This document shows positions 8,721 to 18,500 of a stretch of 35,644 nt of DNA, piece after piece. Position 1 is the stretch's first letter, and each line of letters starts with the position of its first letter. Position numbers and translations under genes: made by a program. The DNA is from Aquitalea sp. (lineage in GTDB: Bacteria; Pseudomonadota; Gammaproteobacteria; Burkholderiales; Chromobacteriaceae), in NCBI GenBank assembly GCA_019232735.1, contig JAFANL010000094.1:1-35644 (forward strand). Reading direction: 5' to 3'. The notes under the pieces were generated by a model that was given only the letters and a program-made list of their open reading frames with translations, was not told the origin of the DNA and made no database searches.

Positions 8721-9917
8721 ATGCCAAATTCATCATCAGACGTACTTTTTATCCTGCTCGGGGCCATCATGATCCTGGCCATGCATGCCGGGTTTGCCTT
8801 TCTGGAACTGGGCACCGTCCGCAAGAAAAACCAGGTCAACGCCCTGGTCAAGATTCTCACCGACTTCGCAGTCTCCGCCATTGCCTACTTTTTTGTCGGC
8901 TATGGCGTGGCTTATGGCGTCAATTTTCTGGGGGATGCCAGTCATATTGCTCAGCATCACGGCTACGAGCTGGTGAAATTTTTCTTCCTGCTGACCTTTG
9001 CCGCAGCCATTCCGGCCATCGTGTCCGGCGGGATTGCCGAACGGGCCAAATTCCATCCGCAATCCGCCGCCACCTTTTTGCTGGTCGGTCTGGTTTATCC
9101 CTTCTTTGAAGGCATGGCCTGGAATAATCACTACGGCGTACAAGACTGGCTGAACCACAGCTTTGGCCAGCCATTTCATGACTTTGCCGGCTCTGTCGTC
9201 GTACACGCAGTGGGAGGCTGGATCGGCCTGGCCGCCGTGCTGAATCTGGGGGCGCGCCGTGGCCGCTACAGCAAGGAAGGCCGCATCTCCGCCCACCCGC
9301 CCTCTTCCATTCCCTTTCTGGCACTGGGCGCCTGGATTCTGATCGTGGGCTGGTTTGGCTTCAACGTCATGAGTGCCCAGCGCCTGGACGGTATATCCGG
9401 TCTGGTGGCCATCAACTCGTTGATGGCAATGGTGGGAGGGACACTCAGCGCCATGTGGGCAGGCAAGAACGACCCCGGTTTCATCCATAACGGCCCGTTG
9501 GCCGGCCTGGTGGCCGTGTGTGCCGGCTCCGACATCATGCATCCTGTCGGTGCGCTGGTGGTGGGGCTGATTGCCGGTGGCCTGTTTGTCTGGCTGTTTA
9601 CCCAGACCCAGAACCGCTGGAAGATCGATGACGTTCTAGGTGTGTGGCCGCTGCACGGCATCTGCGGTGCCTGGGGTGGCATTGCCGCCGGTATCTTTGG
9701 CCAAAACGTACTGGGAGGTCTGGGCGGAGTCAGCATTCTGTCTCAGCTGCTCGGTACGGCGGGCGGCATTGCCGTCGGTTTTGGCGGTGGTTATCTGGTC
9801 TATGCTTTGCTGCGCAAAACCGTAGGCATCCGGCTGGACGAGGAAGAAGAATTCAACGGTGCCGACCTGAGCATCCATCAGATCAGCGCCACGCCAGACC
9901 GCGAAACCAACTGGTAA
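8721..9917 (+). CDS. amt: Ammonium transporter (Amt family)
   Basis: MHAGFAFLELG, IVSGGIAER, HDFAGSVVVH, GWFGFN, IDDVLGVWPLHG (both pore His present). ATG 8721 follows GGGA; GTG 8688 lies at the predicted sigma54 start site. Confidence 0.95.
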   Translation: MPNSSSDVLFILLGAIMILAMHAGFAFLELGTVRKKNQVNALVKILTDFAVSAIAYFFVGYGVAYGVNFLGDASHIAQHHGYELVKFFFLLTFAAAIPAIVSGGIAERAKFHPQSAATFLLVGLVYPFFEGMAWNNHYGVQDWLNHSFGQPFHDFAGSVVVHAVGGWIGLAAVLNLGARRGRYSKEGRISAHPPSSIPFLALGAWILIVGWFGFNVMSAQRLDGISGLVAINSLMAMVGGTLSAMWAGKNDPGFIHNGPLAGLVAVCAGSDIMHPVGALVVGLIAGGLFVWLFTQTQNRWKIDDVLGVWPLHGICGAWGGIAAGIFGQNVLGGLGGVSILSQLLGTAGGIAVGFGGGYLVYALLRKTVGIRLDEEEEFNGADLSIHQISATPDRETNW

Positions 9918-10068
9918 GCCCAGGCCACCATGTGGCCTGAGCCCGGCTAGCATGGCAAAACTTGATCCGGCGCAGAGATTGTCCTGTTTACGCCAGCCCT
10001 GCCCTTACAGACAGGACCGGCTCCGCTATGCTGGAAAGTAGCGCTACTCTCCGGCTGCGACAGTAAAC

Positions 10069-13000
10069 ATGAGCACGCAATTTCAACTCAGTGGCAGAGC
10101 ATCGCTGCGTACCCGCATCACGCTTGGTATGCTCCTGGCCCTGATTCTTACCCTATGGCTGGCCACCTGGCTGGTCAGCCATGGCTTGCGCCAGCAAATG
10201 GAAGACACCATTTCGGCCCAGCAGTTTTCCACGGTGTCGCTGGCGGCCCGGGAGGTGGATCGTTCGCTCAAGGAGCGCATGCAGGCATTGCAATCGCTGG
10301 CCCAGCACCTGCAGACCATGCCGCTGGACAAGGGACTCCAGCAGGAGCTGGAGCGTCGGCCCGTGCTGCAATTGCTGTTCAACTGGGGCATCGTGGTGCT
10401 GGACCAACACAATATGGCGATTGCCAGCACGCCACGTGATCTGGGACGTACCGGCAGTTCCTATAGCCAGCGTGATTATGTGCAGCAGGCCTGGCGCCAA
10501 GGCGGCATGTTGATTACCGAGCCCATGCGGGGCTACCACACCGGCCAGCCGGTATTTTCCATGCTCTACCCCATACGGGCAGCAAATGGTCATCCCATCG
10601 GACTCCTGATGGGCGTGACCAATTTGGCCCTGCCCAATTTCCTGGATGACATCAGTTCCGCCAAATACGGTAGCACCGGGGATTTCTTCATCACGGCCCC
10701 CCTCAGCCGGCGCTATATCGTCTCTTCCGACAAAAGCCGGCTACTGAAAGAAGGCCCCCCCGTTGGCATCAACCCCTTGTACGACCGCTATCTGGCCGGC
10801 TATCAGGGCTCCGGCATCGCCACCAGTTCGCGCGGCGTGGTGGAACTGTCCTCCAGTGTGCGTATCCAGTCCACCGGCTGGCTGATGCAGGCGGTATTAC
10901 CTGCGGAAGAAGCCTTCTTCCCCATCCGCCACATGCAACGACAATTGTTCGGCATGGCCCTGTGCCTGACTGTCCTGGCCGGTAGTTTCTGCTGGTGGTG
11001 GCTGCGTCGGCAGCTGCACCCCTTGGGGGAAGCCACACAGTTGCTCAGCCGCATGCGTGATGGTGAGCTACCCAAGCAAGCGCTGCCCGTACGCCAGCAG
11101 GACGAAATCGGTCTGCTGGCCAGCTCTTTCAACGGCCTGTTGCAACGCATCCTGCATGAAGAAGAACAAGCGGCAGAACACTCTGCCAACCGGCTATTGC
11201 GCAAAATCGTGTCGCATATTCCGGGGGTGGTGTTCCAGTACCGGCTCTTCGCCGATGGACACGGCTGCTTTCCTTTTGCCAGTGATGCACTGCGCGATAT
11301 TTACGGGATCTCACCACAAGACGTGCTACAGAGTGCCGACCCGGTGCGTGATCGGCTACACCCGGAAGATGCTGAAGCCTTTTTCGCTGCGCTGCACAGT
11401 TCCGCAGCCAATCTGAGCCAATGGCGCGCCGAGTACCGCATCTGCCTGCCGGATGGCCAGATCAAATGGCTGTTGGTGGAAGCCATGCCGGAACGGGAGG
11501 GCGACATACTGACCTGGTACGGTTTTATTGCCGACATCAGCCAGGCCAAGGCCATGGAGGCGGAGCTGCGCATCGCGGCCACCTCCTTCCTCACCCAGGA
11601 AGGCATCATGGTGACCGATCCGGATGGCATCATCCTGCGGGTCAATCCCTCCTTCTGCCAGATTACCGGTTACACCAGTGCCGAAGTGGTGGGCAAGGCA
11701 CCGTCCATACTCAGTTCCCACCGTCACCCGCCAGCCTTCTACCAGCAACTTTGGCAGTCATTGCAGCAGCAAGGCAGCTGGCAGGGAGAAATCTGGAACC
11801 GACGCCAGAATGGCGAGATTTTCCCGGAATGGCTCACCATCACCGCCGTTCATGACAGTGATGGGCATACCAGCCACTACGTCGCCATCTTCCAGGACAT
11901 TACCGAACGCAAGGCGGCCGCTGACGAAATACAGACCCTGGCTTTCTATGATGCCCTCACCCATCTGCCCAACCGCCGTTTGCTGCTGGACCGGCTGCAG
12001 CATGCATTGAGTTCTTCACGCGGCGGACAGCACTGCGGTGCCCTGCTGTTTCTGGATCTGGACAATTTCAAATCCCTGAATGACACCCTGGGCCATGACA
12101 TCGGCGATCTGCTGTTGCAGCAGGTGGCCGAACGCCTGCGCCACTGCGTGCGTGCCGGGGATACCGTGGCCCGGCTGGGGGGCGACGAATTCATCGTGAT
12201 GCTGGAGAATCTGGACCCGCAACACGAACTGGCCCTGCACAAGGCCGAGGGCGTGGGACGCAAGATCCTGGCCACACTGAATCAGCCTTATCAGCTGCGC
12301 GGCCATCATTATCGAGGCTCCTCCAGCCTGGGCATTGCCCTGTTCACCGACGAACACAGCAGCAGCGAAGACATCCTCAAACAAGCCGATCTGGCCATGT
12401 ACCAGGCCAAATCGGCCGGGCGGAATACCCTGCGCTTCTTTGATCCGCAAATGCAGGCGGAAATCAATATCCGGACTCAGCTGGAAAGCGAGCTGCACCA
12501 CGCGCTGGAGCGCAACGAATTCGAACTGCATTACCAGCCGCAAATCCAGCACCAGCACCAACAATCCTGTTTCGGTGTGGAGGCCTTGCTGCGCTGGCAC
12601 AGCCCACAACGTGGCCTGGTCCTGCCCGGTGACTTCATCCCGCTGGCCGAGCAGAGCAATCTCATTCTGCCCATTGGTCACTGGGTACTGCAGCAGGCCT
12701 GCTGGCAGCTGGCGGAATGGGCTGAGCATCCGCAACTGGCCACGCTGAGCATTGCCGTGAATGTCAGCGCCCGCCAGTTCCATCAGGCGGACTTTGTCCA
12801 CCATCTGCAGCAGTTACTGGAACACAGTGGAGCCAACCCGGCCCGGCTGAAACTGGAGATCACCGAAAGCCTGCTGCTGATGAAGCTGGATGATGCCGCC
12901 AGCAAGATGAACCAGCTGCGCCAGCTGGGGATCAGCTTCGCGCTGGATGATTTCGGGACCGGTTACTCCTCGCTGTCCTACCTGCGACAGTTACCGCTGG

Positions 13001-13305
13001 ACCAGGTCAAGATAGACCGCAGCTTTGTGCGCGATGTGCTGGACAACCCCAATGATGCCGCCATCTGCAAGGCCGTGATTGCACTGGGGCACAGTCTGGG
13101 GCTGAGCGTACTGGCCGAGGGCGTGGAAACCACGCAGCAATGCGGCTTTTTGCGCCAGCACGGCTGCCAGCAGGTACAAGGCTATCTGTATGGCAAGGCC
13201 ATGCCCGCCGAGCAACTATTGCTCTGGCTGAATCAGCAACAGCCCTTGTCCCGCCCTGATGATGCTGACCAACCGGCATCGCTCGCCAGCCCGGAAACAG
13301 GCTGA
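10069..13305 (+). CDS. Membrane GGDEF-EAL protein (dCache-HAMP-PAS-PAS-GGDEF-EAL)
   Basis: Two TMs, HAMP (QDEIGLLASSFN), two PAS domains, RAGD I-site plus GGDEF, VEALLRW, EITE, DDFGTGYSSL, KIDRSF, EGVE, QGY. Confidence 0.93.
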   Translation: MSTQFQLSGRASLRTRITLGMLLALILTLWLATWLVSHGLRQQMEDTISAQQFSTVSLAAREVDRSLKERMQALQSLAQHLQTMPLDKGLQQELERRPVLQLLFNWGIVVLDQHNMAIASTPRDLGRTGSSYSQRDYVQQAWRQGGMLITEPMRGYHTGQPVFSMLYPIRAANGHPIGLLMGVTNLALPNFLDDISSAKYGSTGDFFITAPLSRRYIVSSDKSRLLKEGPPVGINPLYDRYLAGYQGSGIATSSRGVVELSSSVRIQSTGWLMQAVLPAEEAFFPIRHMQRQLFGMALCLTVLAGSFCWWWLRRQLHPLGEATQLLSRMRDGELPKQALPVRQQDEIGLLASSFNGLLQRILHEEEQAAEHSANRLLRKIVSHIPGVVFQYRLFADGHGCFPFASDALRDIYGISPQDVLQSADPVRDRLHPEDAEAFFAALHSSAANLSQWRAEYRICLPDGQIKWLLVEAMPEREGDILTWYGFIADISQAKAMEAELRIAATSFLTQEGIMVTDPDGIILRVNPSFCQITGYTSAEVVGKAPSILSSHRHPPAFYQQLWQSLQQQGSWQGEIWNRRQNGEIFPEWLTITAVHDSDGHTSHYVAIFQDITERKAAADEIQTLAFYDALTHLPNRRLLLDRLQHALSSSRGGQHCGALLFLDLDNFKSLNDTLGHDIGDLLLQQVAERLRHCVRAGDTVARLGGDEFIVMLENLDPQHELALHKAEGVGRKILATLNQPYQLRGHHYRGSSSLGIALFTDEHSSSEDILKQADLAMYQAKSAGRNTLRFFDPQMQAEINIRTQLESELHHALERNEFELHYQPQIQHQHQQSCFGVEALLRWHSPQRGLVLPGDFIPLAEQSNLILPIGHWVLQQACWQLAEWAEHPQLATLSIAVNVSARQFHQADFVHHLQQLLEHSGANPARLKLEITESLLLMKLDDAASKMNQLRQLGISFALDDFGTGYSSLSYLRQLPLDQVKIDRSFVRDVLDNPNDAAICKAVIALGHSLGLSVLAEGVETTQQCGFLRQHGCQQVQGYLYGKAMPAEQLLLWLNQQQPLSRPDDADQPASLASPETG

Positions 13306-13378
13306 AACAGGGAAAAACCGGCCATGCGTTGTAATTCAACATCATGATATCAATCAGATTTAACAATTAATTACATGT

Positions 13379-13392
13379 CTGATTTATATCAA
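13379..13392. promoter_or_regulatory. FNR/Anr/Dnr-type box upstream of the cyc2-like operon
   Basis: CTGAT-TTAT-ATCAA, a 9/10 match to TTGAT-N4-ATCAA, in an AT-rich intergenic region. Confidence 0.6.
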
Positions 13393-13482
13393 TCGTCCAT
13401 GCAGAAGGGCTACCAGCCAAGAAAAACAAGACTACAGTAAACGCACAAAGTCCTAATTAAAACCATATCTGGAGGCTCTGTG

Positions 13483-14826
13483 ATGAATACCTGTAGCAAG
13501 CTCAAGACAAGGGGCTGGCAGCTCATTCTGTCCACACTGTTATTGCTGTTGTGGCAAGTGCCGGCCTGGGCGCTGCCCAGCTATGCCCGCCAGACTGGCG
13601 AGGCCTGTGTCGCCTGCCACGTCAGCTTCCCGGAGCTGACCCCTTACGGCCGGCTATTCAAGCTGTCCGGCTACACCCTGGGTACCACCCGCCTGTTTCC
13701 GCTCGCCGCCATGGCGGTGGGCTCTGTCACCAAGGTCGCCAACACCCAGGGCAATGACACGTCCTACCCGCGCAACGGGGATGGCGTACTGGAGGGCGGC
13801 AGCCTGTTCATTGGCGGCAAATTGAACGACCATGTCGGCATCTTTTCACAATGGACGTTCAACAACCTCAATGCCACCACGCAGGGGGATGGCAGCACCG
13901 CATTCAGCGGACATACCTCAGTGGACAACCACGATATCCGCCTGGTCGACCATATCACCAGACAGGATCTGGACCTGATCTACGGCCTCAGCCTGAACAA
14001 TAACCCGACGGTACAGGATGTGTGGAACTCCACCCCGGCCTTTGCCTATCCCTATCAGACCTCCCGCATTGCCGGTGTGTGGGGGATTGCTGCACCCACC
14101 ACGCTGATCGAAGGCGGGCTGGCCCAGCAAGTGGCCGGTCTGAGCGGCTATGCCTTCCTGAACAAACAGTGGTACGCCGAACTGGGTGCTTACACCACGG
14201 CGGATGGCATGCTGTCGGTATTCAGCCATGGAGTGGACTTCACCAACCGCTTGCATGGCAGTGCACCGTACTGGCGCTTTGCCTGGAACAAGGACTGGAA
14301 CGAGCACTCGCTCACCATCGGTACCTTTGGCCTGGATGCCCGGGTCAATAGCGATGCCACCGACCCCAGTTCGCCCAGCGATCACTTCCGCGATATCGGA
14401 CTGGACTTGCAATATCAATACCTGTCCGACCCGCACTCCTTTACCACCCAGTTGTCCTATATCCACGAAAAAACCAGCTGGGATGCCTCCCATGTCGGCA
14501 ATGACCGTGACGGCCCCAACAGCTGGCGCAACAGCCTCCATGCCAAGGCTTCCTACTGGTATCAGCACACTTATGGCCTGACCCTGGGCTACTTTGCCCA
14601 GCACGGCAATACCGACTATCTGGCCAACACTAGTTCAGCCAATGGCAGCCCCGACACCAGTGGCTATATCGTGGAACTCAATTACATGATCCAGCCGAAC
14701 TGGCGCCTGGCACTGCAATATACCGGCTATAACAAATACCTTGGTGCCAGCAGCAACTACGATGGTAACGGGCGCAATGCGCGCGACAACAACACCACCT
14801 ATCTGTACACCTGGATTGCCTTCTGA
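13483..14826 (+). CDS. cyc2: Cyc2-type outer-membrane monoheme cytochrome c-porin fusion
   Basis: Signal peptide ending AWA, then LPSYARQTGEACVACHVSFPELTPYGRLFKLSGY (Cyc2 N-terminal signature, single CXXCH at 13606-13620). The rest is aromatic/Asn/Gly-rich beta-barrel ending YTWIAF (BAM signal). GGAGG lies 7 nt before ATG 13483. Confidence 0.85.
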   Translation: MNTCSKLKTRGWQLILSTLLLLLWQVPAWALPSYARQTGEACVACHVSFPELTPYGRLFKLSGYTLGTTRLFPLAAMAVGSVTKVANTQGNDTSYPRNGDGVLEGGSLFIGGKLNDHVGIFSQWTFNNLNATTQGDGSTAFSGHTSVDNHDIRLVDHITRQDLDLIYGLSLNNNPTVQDVWNSTPAFAYPYQTSRIAGVWGIAAPTTLIEGGLAQQVAGLSGYAFLNKQWYAELGAYTTADGMLSVFSHGVDFTNRLHGSAPYWRFAWNKDWNEHSLTIGTFGLDARVNSDATDPSSPSDHFRDIGLDLQYQYLSDPHSFTTQLSYIHEKTSWDASHVGNDRDGPNSWRNSLHAKASYWYQHTYGLTLGYFAQHGNTDYLANTSSANGSPDTSGYIVELNYMIQPNWRLALQYTGYNKYLGASSNYDGNGRNARDNNTTYLYTWIAF

Positions 14827-14840
14827 GGGGAGCGCGCGAC

Positions 14841-15449
14841 ATGAAGCTGATCAATACCTTGCTGATGCTGGGCGTCAGCCTGACCACCCTTTGGGCCGAA
14901 GCCGCCGGCAACCCGGAAGATCTGGCCCGTCAATGGTGTGCCAACTGCCACACGGCTGATGGCAACAGCACCTCTCCGCTGTTTCCACGCCTGGCCGGCC
15001 AGCAGCAGGGCTATCTGGTGCAACAGCTGCAAGCCCTGAAAGCCCACAATCGCAGCGATCAATCGGCACACGATTATATGTGGGGCATTGCCGAAACCCT
15101 GGATGACGCCACCATCAATGGCATTGCCGCGTATTTTGCCAGCCAGAAACCACTGCCCAATACCGCAGCCGTGGACAGCAGCTTGCTCAGCCGTGGCCAG
15201 CAGCTATTCGAAAAGGGAGATGAAGCCAGAGGGACACCTGCCTGCGCCGCCTGTCATGGCCCGCACGGTGAGGGAAATGAATACGGAGGCCCCAGGCTGG
15301 CCGGGCAGCATGCCATGTATTTGAGCAAGCAGCTGCATGTATTCGAAACCGCGCAGCGCCCCTCTGCCGTGGCCATGCAGGCCATCATCAAGACCTTGAA
15401 CGAGGAGGATATCAAGGCGGTAACGGCCTATCTGCAAAGCCTGCACTAA
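14841..15449 (+). CDS. Periplasmic diheme cytochrome c4 (Cyc1-like)
   Basis: Signal peptide; CANCH and CAACH, each followed by PRLAGQ; axial Met candidates YMW and VAMQ; GGAG SD; starts 14 bp after the cyc2-like stop. Confidence 0.92.
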   Translation: MKLINTLLMLGVSLTTLWAEAAGNPEDLARQWCANCHTADGNSTSPLFPRLAGQQQGYLVQQLQALKAHNRSDQSAHDYMWGIAETLDDATINGIAAYFASQKPLPNTAAVDSSLLSRGQQLFEKGDEARGTPACAACHGPHGEGNEYGGPRLAGQHAMYLSKQLHVFETAQRPSAVAMQAIIKTLNEEDIKAVTAYLQSLH

Positions 15450-15465
15450 ACCGTAGCCAGTCCTG

Positions 15466-15517
15466 ACGCGCCCGCGGTGGCCGCCTTGAGCAGCCGCAGC
15501 GGGCGCGTTTTGTTTTT
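15466..15517 (+). terminator. Rho-independent terminator after the cytochrome operon
   Basis: ACGCGCCCGC (15466-15475) pairs with GCGGGCGCGT (15499-15508), followed by TTTGTTTTT. Confidence 0.75.
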
Positions 15518-18500
15518 ATCGGGCAGCGGCTCGATGGCGGGCAAACTCGGCAAACTCCGCCGCCGGCACCGGCCGACTGAACAGATAACCTTGCAGCTCC
15601 TTGCAGCCTTGCTCCCGCAGCAGGGCGTGTTGTTCTTCGGTTTCCACGCCCTCGGCAATGGTCAGCATGCCCAGGTTTTCGGCCATGTGGATGATGGCAG
15701 CCACAATGGCACGATCATCCGGGTCGGTCACGATGTCACGGACAAAGGTCTGGTCGATTTTCAGCTTGTAGACCCGGAACTGCTTGAGCAGATTGAGTGA
15801 GGAATAACCGGTACCAAAATCATCGATCGACATGCGCACCCCCTGCTCATGCAGGGCATTCATCACGGCAATCGCCTGCTGCGGGTCATACATGGCCACG
15901 CCTTCGGTCAGCTCCAGTTCCAGACAGTTCGCTGGCAACCCCTCTTCCTGCAGAATGCGCGCCACCAGCGCCGGCAGATCGGCCTGACGGAACTGCACGG
16001 CTGACAGGTTGACCGCCATCACCAGCTCCAGCCCCTGATCGCGCCACTGTCGGGCCTGACGTACGGCCTGACGCAGAATCCACTCGCCGATAGGCAGTAT
16101 CAACCCGCAATCCTCCGCCACCGGGATGAACTCGGCAGGCGAGACCGGCCCCAGCTCGGGGTGCTTCCAGCGCAGCAGGGCTTCGGCGCCCACCAGCCGG
16201 CCATCCGCCATGGAAAGCTGTGGCTGGTAGTGAATGGTGAACTGCTGCTGTTCCAGTGCCACCCGCAGGGCATTGACCAATTGCAAATGCCGGGCCGCCT
16301 TTTCCTGAATCGCCGCCGTATAGAAGCGGTAGCAGCTGCGCCCGGCTTTCTTGGCCAGATACATGGCGGCATCGGCCCGGCGCGACAGGGTTTCCAGATC
16401 CTCGCCATCCTGGGGATAAACGGCAATACCGATGGAGGCCGAGATATTGAGATCGTAAGGTGCCACCCAATAGGGCTGGGCGATGTCCTGCAGCAAGGTA
16501 TCGGCCAGTACTCGGGCACCTTCTGCCGTGACGGTTGGCAATAGCAGGATGAATTCGTCCCCACCCAGGCGTGACAGCAAGGCATCGGCGGGCAATAGCT
16601 GACGCAAGCGTGCCGCCAGTTGTACCAGCAGGGCATCGCCCACGCTATGGCCCAGCGAATCGTTGATGTCCTTGAAGTGGTCCAGGTCCAGGAACATCAG
16701 CGTCAGCGCTGCGTCCCCATCAGACTGCTGTGCCAATACCCGTTCGGCTTCTTCTTCCAGCCTCACCCGGTTGGGCAGGCCGGTCAGTGCATCGTAATGG
16801 GCCAGGTAGCGGATATGCTGTTCGTTCTGCTTGCGCACGGTAATGTCGCGGGTGATGGCCAGCAACATGCTGACCTCGCCCTGTTCGCCGCGCATCGGCG
16901 CCGCATGGGTTTCCAGCCAGCGCCGCTGTCCTTGCAAACCGGTGATTTCAAATTCCAGCATGCCGCTGTGCCCGGCCATGACCTGCTGATGCAAGTGCAT
17001 GAAGGCGGCATGGTAGTCCGGCATCACGAAATGCAGCAGGCCAAGTGCCTGGATCTGCTGCAGGCTGTCGGCTTGCAGCATGGCCATGCCGGCCCGGTTG
17101 ATCTCCAGCAACTGGCCATCCCGATTCACCACCTTGATGCATTCCGGCTCGGTTTCAATGATGGTGCGCAAGCGCTGCTCGCTCTGCTGCAGCGCGATGT
17201 CGGCTTCATGGCGTAGCTGCTCGCGCTGAAAACCATCCAGTGCGTAATCCAGGTCCATCACCATTTCTTCGATCAGCTTGCGTGCTGCCTCATCAAACGC
17301 ATGGGTTTCGGCGCTGTACAGGGTCAACGCACCGATGACCTTGCCATTGCGTTGCAAGGGCAGCGCGGCAGAGGAGCCCCAGCCATACTGGGCAGCCCGG
17401 GCATGCCATGGTGCCGTGGACGGATCATTCTTAAAATCCTGGCACCATTGCGCCTGGCCGCTCAGCACCGCCCTGCCGGTGGGGCCCTGGCTGAGCGGAT
17501 TGGCCGTATCGGTCAGCAGCGGCAAATCCGCCAGGTAGCCGGTGCCGCTGCCATGGGCACACAGGGGGCGAATATGGCTGGCATCCTCATCCAGCAATCC
17601 TACCCATACCATTTTCATGCCACCGTGCTCGACGGCAGCCTGGCAGATCTGCTCGAACAGTTCGTGCTCGGTGCGGCTGCGCACAATGGCCTGATTGCAC
17701 TGGCTCAGTGCATCGTAAAGTCCGGTCAGCCGCTGGTTGCGGGCATCTGCGCGCTGGCGTTCGTCCTCCAGCAGCTGCAGTTTGCGCCGGGTTTCGGCCA
17801 GCCAGCCCATCACGCTGCTGGTATCGGCCCCCTGGTGCACCATCGGCTGCGAGAAATCTCCGCTGCCCAGGCGGGCAATGCTGCCGTGCAATTCGGCCAC
17901 ACTGGCCCCCAGCACATGATGCAGATTGCGCCGCAAGCCCCACAGCAAGGGCAGCAACAACAGACCAAAGGCGAACAAGACAAAACGCAGTTGCAGGGCA
18001 TAGCGCTCGGCATCCCGCACCGCCAGCAAAGTACGCTGGGCAGACATGCGGTTGAATTCGGCAATCGGCTCCATGATGCTGGCCTTGGCACGATGGTATG
18101 CCTCATCGTGCAGCATGCGGATGGCTTGCTGCCGTTGTGGAGAGCCGAAAGGGGGATTGGCGGCAACCAAGTGCATGGCGGCCCATTCGGTACGGGTCAG
18201 GGCGTCGGAATTGGCCTTGGCCTTGGCCAGCATGGTCATTTCTTCCGGGGTAAAACCGGCATCCGCCATGCGTTGCAACAATGACGCGGCAGGCTCCGAG
18301 CGCTGCGGGCGATGGTCATCGCCCAGCACCAGGTCCCAGTAGCAGTTTTGGTAGTCCACCGGACGGGGGGCCTTGCCCTCCCGGATGGCCAGGATTTCAC
18401 GGAAGTGCTGCTGATAAAGCGGATTACCCGTCACCACATAGGTACGCACCATGCGCGTGAGATCGTCGGAAGACTGGCGTAACTCCGCTGCCAGCAAAAT

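Noticed and set aside
9950-10068. Possible c-di-GMP-I riboswitch upstream of the GGDEF-EAL gene (GGCAAAAC...GCGCAGAG, then GTCCTGT/ACAGGAC stem)
   Set aside because: Lacks the GNRA-capped P2 stem and tetraloop receptor; the resemblance is superficial.
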